Of a stretch of DNA of 64,000 nt, positions 21,898 to 31,400 are shown in pieces. Below the pieces are notes generated by a model. That model made no database searches. It worked only from the letters and a program-made list of their open reading frames with translations, and was not told where the DNA came from. The translations under genes were made by a program, and so were the position numbers. The DNA is taken from the NCBI GenBank assembly GCA_944373145.1, contig CALWAL010000001.1:64105-128104 (forward strand), written 5' to 3'. Within the stretch, counting starts at the first letter, position 1. Each line of letters begins with the position of its first letter. Source of the stretch: an uncultured Bacilli bacterium (GTDB lineage: Bacteria > Bacillota_I > Bacilli_A > RF39 > UBA660).

Positions 21898-22401
21898 CTA
21901 TTCTATACTTTTAGCGTTTAAATTTTCCATCAATTCTTCTTTATACATAAGTCCAGCACGACTAAATACTACATCCCCTTCACTCATAACTAATAAAGTT
22001 GGAATAATAATTTGTGGGTTTTTATAATTCATAACATCCGTTACATCATCTATAACAATGGAATATTGTTCATCATTTAAATCTTGACGATTTAAAATAT
22101 ATACTACAGCTTCACGCTCAGAAAAAGCAATTTTAATTTCTTCTAAAAAAGTTTGACTTATTTCATCTTCTTCATTATAAATCAAAATAGCATAAGTTTC
22201 TGTTTCATATGCCTCTGAACGAAGTTCTAAATATTTGTCATAATCAATATACTCAATAGTTGCTGTTGTTGGTTTAACTTCTTCAACAGCTGGCTCTTTT
22301 TTTTCGTCATCCCGTGCTATAATCAAATATATAATACTTCCTAGTAATACAGTCGTAACAATAAAAAAGATAATTTTATTTCTTAATCTCATCTTAATCA
22401 C
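21898..22401 (-). CDS. Membrane-anchored protein with a thioredoxin-like C-terminal fold that lacks the CxxC motif.
   Basis: N-terminal TM (IIFFIVTTVLLGSIIYLII). C-terminal IIPTLLVMSEGDVVFSRAG resembles the thioredoxin PTLLxFKxGxxV region. No cysteine pair. Confidence 0.4.
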   Translation of the reverse strand: MIKMRLRNKIIFFIVTTVLLGSIIYLIIARDDEKKEPAVEEVKPTTATIEYIDYDKYLELRSEAYETETYAILIYNEEDEISQTFLEEIKIAFSEREAVVYILNRQDLNDEQYSIVIDDVTDVMNYKNPQIIIPTLLVMSEGDVVFSRAGLMYKEELMENLNAKSIE

Positions 22402-22445
22402 CGATTATATTATATCATAAACAATCTTTTTTTACATCACTATAA

Positions 22446-22470
22446 CAAAAAAAAGCTTTTGAAAAGCTTT
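22446..22470 (-). terminator. Rho-independent terminator closing the T7SS gene block.
   Basis: AGCTTTTGAAAAGCT palindrome followed on the minus strand by T8. Confidence 0.65.
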
Positions 22471-23463
22471 CTATTTTCCAAAGTTAAAAAATCCTTTTTT
22501 CTTTTTTGGCTTATCTTCTTTTTTTGGTTCTTCTTTAACATCGGGAAGATCAGTTATTTCTACTTCATCAACCTCTTCCTTTTTTGATTTACCTTCTTCA
22601 ATGTTAATTTCGTCTTCTACCGCTTCAAAAGCATCATCTTTTGGTTCATCAATAACCCCCGGGGCCTCAACATCTTCAAAGATTGAATCTTCATTATCTA
22701 AAATAACCATACCATTTTCATCAAATTTAACATCCACATTTTCTTCAACTGCTGTTGATCCTTCTGTTCCATCAGCTACAACAACGCCATTTTCATCGAA
22801 TTGATAATTTTTTAAAGTTTTAGACTCTTTTTTATCTTCAATTACAACACCGTTTTCATCAAAAACATAACGTGGTTCCTCAATTTTATCATTTTGATTA
22901 TTCGTTTCCTTATCGGCCACCACAATACCATTTTCATCAAATTGGTAGTTTCCTGAAGTTTTAGATTCTTTTTTATCTTCAATTACAATACCATTTTTAT
23001 CAAAAACATAACGTGGTTCCTCAACTTTATCATTTTGATTATTCGTTTCCTTATCAGATGCTACGACCTCAGAAGCTAACTTATCAGCTACTACAACACC
23101 GTTTTCATCAAATAAATATCCGCCATTTGCTTTTGGTGATAAAACAACATCAACCGTTTCATCTAACCTATTTTCATTATCAACTTCAGATTTTACGGAC
23201 TTTAACTCTACTGGTAAAGAACTAATAAAAATTTTAGACTCTTCATCTTTATATCCATAAGAATATAATTCAATAATATCGCTATGATTAAAATAATTTA
23301 TATCTTGGTTTTTGCTAAAGCCCTTTGGAAATGGCACACCAATATAATCATATCCTTGATTTTTATAACCTATAATAACTTGTTTATTATTTAAATTTTT
23401 AACAACACACACTGAGCCAAGTGGTAAAAACTTTAACTCCATAATCTCCCTCTTTTCCTTCAC
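22471..23463 (-). CDS. DUF4176-domain protein with about 6 C-terminal FDENGVV repeats.
   Basis: N-terminal FLPLGSVCVVKN...VIIGY...DYIGVPFPKG matches the DUF4176 pattern common in Firmicute T7SS loci. Repeated Y(Q/V)FDENG(V/I)V(V/I)(A/E)D units follow. Confidence 0.6.
   Translation of the reverse strand: MKEKREIMELKFLPLGSVCVVKNLNNKQVIIGYKNQGYDYIGVPFPKGFSKNQDINYFNHSDIIELYSYGYKDEESKIFISSLPVELKSVKSEVDNENRLDETVDVVLSPKANGGYLFDENGVVVADKLASEVVASDKETNNQNDKVEEPRYVFDKNGIVIEDKKESKTSGNYQFDENGIVVADKETNNQNDKIEEPRYVFDENGVVIEDKKESKTLKNYQFDENGVVVADGTEGSTAVEENVDVKFDENGMVILDNEDSIFEDVEAPGVIDEPKDDAFEAVEDEINIEEGKSKKEEVDEVEITDLPDVKEEPKKEDKPKKKKGFFNFGK
22800..23060. repeat. Intragenic tandem direct repeat: two copies of about 140 bp, roughly 90% identical.
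   Basis: Segments near 22818-22915 and 22958-23056 are near-identical (ttttagaCtcttttttatcttcaattacaa...cgtttccttatc). They encode the repeated 47-aa FDENGVV module. Confidence 0.7.
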
Positions 23464-23468
23464 GTTTT

Positions 23469-24008
23469 TTATTCTGCACTTATAACAACACCATTTTCAT
23501 CAAATTTAATATTGCTAAAAATTGGCCAATCTTTTCCTTCTTCAGTCGTTTCTTTTGATATCGATTGTTCATAGTTCATTTCTTTATGAAATGGATTATT
23601 AACTCCACCTACATCATTAGTGCTTATAACCTTCTCTTGAATTGGTTGCTCTTTTTTTTCTGTTTTAGTTGACGGTTGTGCAAAAATTACTACACCGTTT
23701 TCATCAAATTCAAAATTAGTAAAGACATTATTATTTATTGTTTTATTCTCTTGTTGACTATTTAATTTTTTGTTCAATAACTCAAAATCAGCATTTTTAT
23801 AACCCATATACTCAATTGTTAATATGTCTCCATGATTAAAACAAATACGATTTGATCCTAAAGTTCCTTCTGGATAAATACACCCTTGATAATCATATAA
23901 TTTTACTTTTTCTGTATAATCAAGTGCAAAATACCCCATAATCATGACTTTACGATTGCTCGCTTTAATTGTACATATAGAGCCAATAGGCAAAAATTTT
24001 TGATTCAT
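23469..24008 (-). CDS. DUF4176-domain protein (shorter paralog, 2 FDENGVV motifs).
   Basis: FLPIGSICTIK...VMIMGY...YQGCIYPEG N-domain. Start moved to MNQKF, which has an AGGAGA RBS. Confidence 0.6.
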   Translation of the reverse strand: MNQKFLPIGSICTIKASNRKVMIMGYFALDYTEKVKLYDYQGCIYPEGTLGSNRICFNHGDILTIEYMGYKNADFELLNKKLNSQQENKTINNNVFTNFEFDENGVVIFAQPSTKTEKKEQPIQEKVISTNDVGGVNNPFHKEMNYEQSISKETTEEGKDWPIFSNIKFDENGVVISAE

Positions 24009-24115
24009 AACATCTCTCCTACAGTTATTATAAAAATTATATCTAAAAATAATAAAAATTGCAACATATTCATTCAAATGTAACTAAAAAAAGATATAAC
24101 TTTTTAAGTTATACC

Positions 24116-24424
24116 TTAACTAACACTACTACCTCGATCTACAATCTCTTCAATAGCAATCATCGCAAGTGCACTATTAATTTCATCAATAGCTTCATCA
24201 TATTTTCTATTACTTTTATTTAACCAATCACGAATATCAATTAAATTTCTTCGCATTTGATTAATATATTGACAATATTCATTTAAATAGTTTGCATAAC
24301 GAAAATCACCAGGAATAGACATTGTATTATTAACAGAAATTAAATCTTCTAAATTGTCAATCGTTGAATCCAAACTAGGTAATACGTCTCTTGATATATC
24401 AATATTTTTAAAATTCAACTTCAT
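24116..24424 (-). CDS. Small helical T7SS-locus protein of unknown function, possibly a substrate or chaperone.
   Basis: 102 aa, predicted all-helical. Tightly packed (1-nt gap) behind the WXG100 gene. Confidence 0.4.
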   Translation of the reverse strand: MKLNFKNIDISRDVLPSLDSTIDNLEDLISVNNTMSIPGDFRYANYLNEYCQYINQMRRNLIDIRDWLNKSNRKYDEAIDEINSALAMIAIEEIVDRGSSVS

Positions 24425-24712
24425 CTAATCTCTCCTCAATGAATTTATTTCTTTTTCAAAATCATCAGCATCATCTACTAAATGTCTACCCAATTTATAA
24501 ATAGTATCCTTAAATTGAAAATATTGATTTTTTTCAGCATTAGCACGGTTAGCAAACGCTATCGATGCTTCACCAGTCCAAATCTCATGATTAGAAACAT
24601 TTGACAACTTATCAAAAAGAAGTTTAAAATCTTCATTTAGTGATAATGATAATTCCATCATACGATTACCACAATCACGCATTTTTATCGTATCAATTTT
24701 AATTTCTGCCAT
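24425..24712 (-). CDS. WXG100 family protein (EsxA-like).
   Basis: 95 aa. Central W-x-G motif (HEIWTGEASIAF). Helix-turn-helix length typical of WXG100. Confidence 0.75.
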   Translation of the reverse strand: MAEIKIDTIKMRDCGNRMMELSLSLNEDFKLLFDKLSNVSNHEIWTGEASIAFANRANAEKNQYFQFKDTIYKLGRHLVDDADDFEKEINSLRRD

Positions 24713-24721
24713 ATTTCCTCC

Positions 24722-24766
24722 CGATAAAAATTTTAGCTAACAACTGTTAGCTAAAATCTATTTAAT
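24722..24766 (-). terminator. Palindromic hairpin between T7SS small genes; possibly an intra-operon attenuator or terminator.
   Basis: TTTTAGCTAACA-AC-TGTTAGCTAAAA, an 8-bp stem flanked by T and A runs. Confidence 0.35.
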
Positions 24767-25090
24767 TTAATCTTCTTTAGCAGCTTCAGCTAAAGCCCTT
24801 TCTTCATCCTCTATAGCCCTTAAAATGCTATTAATTTTTTGATTAATTGCACTCATAACTTCTGAGGAAAGGAAGTTTTTTTTATCAATACAAGTAGTAC
24901 GCGCCTTTTTTAATTTATAATTATCGGCACTTACTTCATCAATTAGATAATAATCACTAACTTTTAAAGCTCTTTCAGAACTATCTATTACCCGCTCCAA
25001 ATGACGTATTGAATTTTGAACATCATCAGATAAATCGCGATAAGTACGTAATTGTCGATATAAACTTGAAAGGCTTGCCATTATTACCAC
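24767..25090 (-). CDS. Small helical protein (T7SS-associated, unknown function).
   Basis: 107 aa, coiled-coil-like. No WXG motif. Confidence 0.4.
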   Translation of the reverse strand: MVIMASLSSLYRQLRTYRDLSDDVQNSIRHLERVIDSSERALKVSDYYLIDEVSADNYKLKKARTTCIDKKNFLSSEVMSAINQKINSILRAIEDEERALAEAAKED

Positions 25091-25101
25091 CTAATTTCTA
25101 A

Positions 25102-25578
25102 TTATCTTTGTCTTGCGTATCTATCAACAGATTGAGATACTTCTTGACCAGCTGTATTTAAAGTATCGTTCATTGCTGCTTGTTGAGCTTCATAATTATC
25201 TTTAATTTCCATTAAAATATCGGCTAATTTTAATAATTGAGATGTGTAGGCACGACATGCATCCATTACACCACCAATATAAGCTTTACAAGCTTGTTGC
25301 ATACCTGGATCTGCAAATGCCTTACTTGGGTCTGTGTTAACATTTACTTCATTTAAATGATTTTCAATTGCTGCAACAGCACTATCAATTGCTGTTGTCA
25401 TATCGTTAATTTTATTTACATTAATTCCCACAACACTTCCTGGAATCAAAGAACCGATAGCTGCACTAGCTTGACTTTTAATACTATTAAAAGTATTTGA
25501 AATTGCATCAAGTGCATCATTAGCTCTAGCGCCAACCATAGAAGTGAATTGAAGGACCTCTGATTTAATTGTTGCCAT
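25102..25578 (-). CDS. Helical 158-aa protein, possibly EsxB/LXG-like or an atypical WXG100 relative.
   Basis: Ala/Ser/Asn-rich helical sequence. Immediately downstream of a WXG100 gene. Confidence 0.35.
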   Translation of the reverse strand: MATIKSEVLQFTSMVGARANDALDAISNTFNSIKSQASAAIGSLIPGSVVGINVNKINDMTTAIDSAVAAIENHLNEVNVNTDPSKAFADPGMQQACKAYIGGVMDACRAYTSQLLKLADILMEIKDNYEAQQAAMNDTLNTAGQEVSQSVDRYARQR

Positions 25579-25593
25579 TATTTATTCTCCTTC

Positions 25594-25926
25594 CTAAAAT
25601 ATAGATTGGCCACTAATTTCTTCAGCCATTCCAGTGTCTTCTGAATGATAAGTTTCTTCTTGAGCCGCAAGTGTAGCGTTAAAAACTTCTTCCATTTCTT
25701 GAAGTTTAGCTTTTAATGCTTCTGCTGATTCTGATAATTTAGCACAAAATGCATCGCATGCTTGTCCTTGCCATCCTTGTTGTAACGTATCCTTAATAAT
25801 TTCCGTTTGGTCTGTTATAATTCCATTTGTTTCAATAATTGCTGCTGTATTTAGCTCTGCAACATAAGCAGCTGCTCCAGTGGAACTATATCCAATAGTA
25901 ATATCCTCTATTCCTAATCCTCCCAT
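25594..25926 (-). CDS. WXG100 family protein.
   Basis: 110 aa. W-x-G motif (QQGWQGQACDAF). Helical hairpin length. Confidence 0.7.
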   Translation of the reverse strand: MGGLGIEDITIGYSSTGAAAYVAELNTAAIIETNGIITDQTEIIKDTLQQGWQGQACDAFCAKLSESAEALKAKLQEMEEVFNATLAAQEETYHSEDTGMAEEISGQSIF

Positions 25927-25939
25927 AAATTCACCTCCA

Positions 25940-26299
25940 TTAATATTTTTCCTTATATCTCTCTATGGAATTAGATAAGATCTCACCTTTAGCTATTGTA
26001 AAGTTCTTCTTTACAGTATTGTGAACACCATATATACGAGCTTTAACTTTAACTAAATCTTGAGAATAACACAAGATATTTTTATTAACAATTGGAAAAC
26101 TTTGGCGCAACTTGGCAAAAGAATTTCGAAAGTTTGTGCCACATTCACATTCATAAAAAGAAACAGTTCCGTCAACTAAATCTTCAAGTTCTAAAAATTG
26201 AGCTTTAATACGTTCTGCAATCTCTCCAATCTCTAAAACTAAATTATCTAGCTTAGGTTCATTAATTCCAAAAACTTCCTGTTGCTTCACTCTCGCCAC
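25940..26299 (-). CDS. Hypothetical 119-aa protein (T7SS-locus).
   Basis: ORF carrying a CECG motif. No recognisable family. Confidence 0.35.
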   Translation of the reverse strand: MARVKQQEVFGINEPKLDNLVLEIGEIAERIKAQFLELEDLVDGTVSFYECECGTNFRNSFAKLRQSFPIVNKNILCYSQDLVKVKARIYGVHNTVKKNFTIAKGEILSNSIERYKEKY

Positions 26300-26357
26300 T
26301 CCTATCCTATGCTAATCTAATATCTTTACTTAAGTATACCGATTTTTACTTAATAAA

Positions 26358-28079
26358 TCAATATATTTTTTCATTTTGTTTAAGTTTAATATACTCATTA
26401 ATTGAAATCGTCTTATTGCGACTAGTTGTATCATGTTTTTCCTGGATAATTACACCCATATCATCATTTACCCAAGGTATTTCAATAGCGTCATATACTG
26501 TTTCATTTAAAATATTATTAGTCTTTATTTCCATTTTACCATTAAAAGCATTATACGCTGCTTCTATATCATCAATTGATAATCCCAATTCATTAGCTAG
26601 CACTTGGAAAAAAGCACTTTGAATATTTTGATAATAATCTAAAAATGGTTTAATAGTGTCATAACGCGATTCATCTGTATATAGAATATGTGTACTCAAT
26701 GTAGATTCAAGCGTTGATATAAGTTCAAAAACATCTTCTAATTTAACCGATTGACTAGACATCTTACTAATTAAATTATCGTAAAAAGTTCTACTGAAAT
26801 ATTTAGATAAACCTACTTTTAATTCAATTTTTAATTGAACTAATTCCTCATCGCTCATTTCATGTCCTAAGATTTCTTTTTCATACAAACTCATAAAATC
26901 ATTAGGTTCTACTTGAATAATATTAATTGCATATAACACTTTTAAAAGTTCCATTTTCTCTTCTTCTGTATTACAATTAAAAGCCTCGAATAATTTAGAA
27001 ACATCATTTTGAACAGAAATTTGTTCTAATGAATTAACATCAAAATTATCATTTAAGCCATGAACAAATTTCAAAGTGTTTAAGTAACTTATATAATTAG
27101 CGTACGTCGTTGGATCGCTATCGTGTAATTTAGCAGCTAAATTTTCGGCAGCCGCTTCCTCAAACCACCTATTGTAAAGCGAATTTACTTCTAAATCATC
27201 AAATTCATAACAAAAACCATAAGCGGATTTAACGCCTACTTGATCACGATGTTCTGTAGATAATCGTTGAAATAGATGTACTGTCTCGTGGGATAATGTT
27301 ATTAATCCTGCATTTTCATTATTACTGATTGACACCATCATATCTAAATTAGATGGCATAACTGTCATGCAACCATCATCAGTAATTGAAGCATTGGCTC
27401 CTGTCGCTGATTTAAACATACATAAATGTTGAAGATTATAGCTTAAATCTTCTAAATTATAATCCCAACCTTTATTCAACATATCATTTACTGTATCAGC
27501 AATTACTTGGCAATATTCGGCGATATAATTTTTGTCTAGTTCAGTATAAATAGAATATGGATTTTTATCTTTATAAGCTACATTATTTTTTATTACTAAA
27601 TCATATAACTGTTGAGCATCAACATACCCATTAGCCATGATGGGTTGAATAATTCCATCATAAGCAGGAATTTGTAAATATCTTTGATATGCTGTTTCAA
27701 CATCATATAAATCACTATAAGCATAATCAATAGGAATTTGTATAATTTCATTAATTAGCTGTTCAGAAGCACTGTTTGATATGGTTACGCTACTATCAAT
27801 AATGGTTTGATTATAATCATCTATTTCCTTTATCTCATAATCTTCTAGCATTTTTTCAATTTCTAATTCCAAATCGCTTTTTTCTTCCACTACTTCTACA
27901 TAAGTAGGCTGATTAACTTGCGTTTCTGTATTATGCTTAGGGACAATACTGCATGCTGTAAATAATGTTGAAATTGTTAGTGCACCAGTAATAATATATA
28001 ATTTAAATTTATTTTTTTTCGTTCTTTTTTTAGTTTCTTTTCTCTTCAATCTTTCAAATACTTTTAAATTTTTTAACAT
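26358..28079 (-). CDS. Lipoprotein with an HExxH zinc-metallopeptidase-like motif.
   Basis: Lipobox LFTAC after a basic N-terminus. LSHETVHLFQ (HExxH) with a downstream EEAAAE. Confidence 0.5.
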   Translation of the reverse strand: MLKNLKVFERLKRKETKKRTKKNKFKLYIITGALTISTLFTACSIVPKHNTETQVNQPTYVEVVEEKSDLELEIEKMLEDYEIKEIDDYNQTIIDSSVTISNSASEQLINEIIQIPIDYAYSDLYDVETAYQRYLQIPAYDGIIQPIMANGYVDAQQLYDLVIKNNVAYKDKNPYSIYTELDKNYIAEYCQVIADTVNDMLNKGWDYNLEDLSYNLQHLCMFKSATGANASITDDGCMTVMPSNLDMMVSISNNENAGLITLSHETVHLFQRLSTEHRDQVGVKSAYGFCYEFDDLEVNSLYNRWFEEAAAENLAAKLHDSDPTTYANYISYLNTLKFVHGLNDNFDVNSLEQISVQNDVSKLFEAFNCNTEEEKMELLKVLYAINIIQVEPNDFMSLYEKEILGHEMSDEELVQLKIELKVGLSKYFSRTFYDNLISKMSSQSVKLEDVFELISTLESTLSTHILYTDESRYDTIKPFLDYYQNIQSAFFQVLANELGLSIDDIEAAYNAFNGKMEIKTNNILNETVYDAIEIPWVNDDMGVIIQEKHDTTSRNKTISINEYIKLKQNEKIY

Positions 28080-28112
28080 GACAACTCTCCTATCTAAAAA
28101 TATTATATCATC

Positions 28113-28148
28113 AAAAAAAAGAAGCGCAAAATAAATTTACACTTCTTT
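28113..28148 (-). terminator. Rho-independent terminator after the esaB-like gene.
   Basis: AAGAAGTG-loop-CGCTTCTT hairpin followed by T8 on the minus strand. Confidence 0.55.
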
Positions 28149-28401
28149 ACAATAGCACTACACTCGTACCATTACGAATATTTGTATCACGTACCAACGT
28201 ATCAATAGGATAAATTTCACCGTTATTTCGGTCATATAAGTAAGTACGATTAGTTCCTATAAAAGAGCCATTTGTTATTTCATATAAAGATTTATTTAAA
28301 AGATTAATAATATTTCCTATTTTACGATTAACTGGGAAGTAAACATTATAAGTTTGATCAATAGCTGGAACAATTAGTTCTACTAAAACTTTATTTTTCA
28401 T
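28147..28401 (-). CDS. esaB: YukD/EsaB-like ubiquitin-fold T7SS protein.
   Basis: About 84 aa (MKNKVLVELIV...YNVYFP...NGTSVVLL), matching the YukD beta-grasp pattern. GGAGG RBS. The start overlaps the essC stop. Confidence 0.7.
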   Translation of the reverse strand: MKNKVLVELIVPAIDQTYNVYFPVNRKIGNIINLLNKSLYEITNGSFIGTNRTYLYDRNNGEIYPIDTLVRDTNIRNGTSVVLL

Positions 28402-31400
28402 CGTTTCCCTCCTCCACATCTTCAACCATATAACGAATTGTTGTATGTTTTCCACGACTAATAGCAAATCCCATATAAGGGAAATTAGTTTTTCCATCTT
28501 CAGCTGTTATAGTTGATGTATTAATAGCTAATTGCGTTGCAACTCCTTCATCTAACCAAATACCATAAGCTGTATCAATATTAGTTTGATACCAAGGTTC
28601 TGTTTGTAATATTTTGTAAGCTGAATAGCTATCAAAGAAAACATAATAACTATTATTAATAACCGATGAATTGTTAAAAAGACTATTTAAAACGACTCGA
28701 CCATTTGCTGATAATTTTACTTTCATCTCTGATATACCAATAAATATATTTAAAGTTCTTACTTCTTTATCCTTAGCTTTAATAATATCATTATTTAACT
28801 TAATTATTTCACTATCATAGTTATTTTGAATATAATTCACATTGTCAATTCTTTTACTTAAAATGGCTGCAAAATCAATAACATTAATTTTTAAATTATC
28901 AATAAGTGATACCATTTTAATAAAAGTACTTAAGAAACTAAATTTATTATCATCAAATTTATTAAACAAAATAGGAATAAACTTGCTAGCCGTTAAATCA
29001 TAAGCATATGGAGTTTTAGATTCAACTGCATAGCCAATTGGAACATTTGTTAAATCATTTAAGTTATCTTTAACAGAACTAAAATAAACAACTTCTGGTA
29101 CCATTGGAATTTTTTTAGCTCGTACATTATAAGCTTGACTCAACTTTTTAGCTGTATCACGAACCAAATTATTTATTTCTTTTTTTGTTGTAATCAAGGC
29201 TGTTTGAAATTCATATGCCTTACTATCTTTAGCAACTAAACCACGTCCAAAATATTTAGTTGGTAATTGTCCTTTGATAGCACCAACTAAATTACGATAT
29301 TCTGTTTCATTTGGAATTTGCAGACATAATTTATGGCTAAAATTTTGCAACATTCTTAATTTAACTGTACTAGTTGAAATAGACGTAATGATAAATGATA
29401 TTCCATATTTATTGCCATCACGATAAAATGTTTGAATTGATTCAGCTACTCGAGCATAATTTTCTGAAAATATTTCATAATTGTTAATGATAGTAACTAT
29501 TAAAGGTAATTTATTACCGCTATTTTCAATATATTCTTTATAACTACCGCCATAATCAGCCATTAATTCTTTACGACGTTCAATTTCCTCATCAATCATC
29601 ATTAAAATACCCAAAATTTTATCTTGTTCTTCAGTCGTAGCAATTTCTCCTATATGTGGCATTTTATTGAAAGTTTTTAAAGCCTCCGAACCACAGTCAA
29701 TAACATAAAAATTAATCTCATCTGGTGTATGTTCCAAAGAAGCTGACCACAAAATAGTCTGAACAAGATTTTCTTTACCAGCACCAGGTTGTCCCCAAAT
29801 AATAGCATTACCGTTCATTAAATCTAAAGTTAAAATACCTTGTTCTTGTTGTGATGGATTATCATATTCACCAATAACAGGATTAATATGATATGGCGTT
29901 GGTTTATAATGATATTTTTTCTTAATCTCATCTACAAATATTTCTTCTGGAATAGGATCTAGCCAAAGCGTACTTGTCTTCAAATTTTCTTTTTTACCTA
30001 AGTTATAAATATATTTAACGATATTTGTTAATTGATCCCCATAATTAGTATTATCTGTTTCAATTTTAATTAAATCTTTAATGCTTTTTGTAACATTTCC
30101 AACATTATCTATAAAATCTATTGAATCATCAATTTTCTTAATTACTCGATCAGATGGAACATATTTTGCCCCAGCCCATCCTGATTGACCTTTAGCAAAA
30201 TAATCATCATAACCAACTTGCAAATAAAAGCGCCCTGTTTCTTTAATACTAGCCGCTTCTGGGCGTTTTAACATTTCCATACTATCAGCTCGATCTTGAA
30301 CTTTTAAGCATACTTTAAATTTTGAATTACTCCAAATTTGATCATTAACTACACCACTAGGTTTTTGTGTTGCCAAAATAAGATGTACTCCTAATGAACG
30401 ACCGATACGAGCCGTTTGAATCAATTGTTGCATGAATTCAGGTTGTTGGCTTTTTAACTCGGCAAATTCATCACTAATAATAAATAAATGTGCCATTGGC
30501 TCTTTTACTTGACCTTCACGATATAACCGTTGATATTTATAAATGTCGATGGTTGATTCACCTAAAACATCACGAGTTTCATTAAAAATACGTTGCCGTC
30601 TTTTTAATTCTGACTCAATTGAAACTAAAGTTCTATTCATTGAAGCTGTATCTAGATTAGTAATCGTCCCAGCTAAATGAGGAATACGAACACCTAACTC
30701 CTTATTTTCAAATGCTCCAGCCAAGCCACCACCTTTATAGTCAATAAGAACGAATTGTACTTCATATGGATGATAATTAACACACATTGATAAAATATAT
30801 GTAATAATAAATTCTGACTTACCACTACCAGTTGAGCCAGCAATTAAACCATGTGGTCCATGAAATTTTTCGTGAAGATTTAATTTAAACTGTTCACCAC
30901 TTGCGTGAACACCAATCGTTGTATTTAAACTGTTAACAGGATTATTAGTCTGCCAACGATTTAAAACATTTAATTGTTCAATTTTAGAAACATTAAGCAT
31001 TTCCAAAAATGAAATAGAGTTAGGCAAAACGGATATTCCTTCTTTACTTAATAAAGGAATATTATTAACTTTTTGACAAAGATATTCCATATCAGCATTG
31101 TCCAAATATTCTGTTTTAAAAACAATCTGATTACTAGAATTTATATTACTCTCTAAAATACAACCTTCATTATCACCTATCTCAATGAATGACTCGCATT
31201 TAGCCGGTAAATTCTTCATTGTACTTGAAAAAATAGCAATACTAAATCCATAATTGGTATCAGCATATTTCAAAATATTACTAATGATTGGAGCTTCATC
31301 ACTACTCTTATAATCATCGCAAATAATTAAATAATATGGTAAAAAGTTTTTATATTCATCAGTTTTTTTTATGTCTTCAGCTTCACTTTTATCTTTTACT

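Noticed and set aside
28147-28497. 116-aa version of the esaB-like ORF starting inside essC.
   Set aside because: The upstream 32 codons overlap the essC 3' end. A GGAGG RBS precedes the internal MKNKV start, which gives the canonical ~84-aa YukD size.
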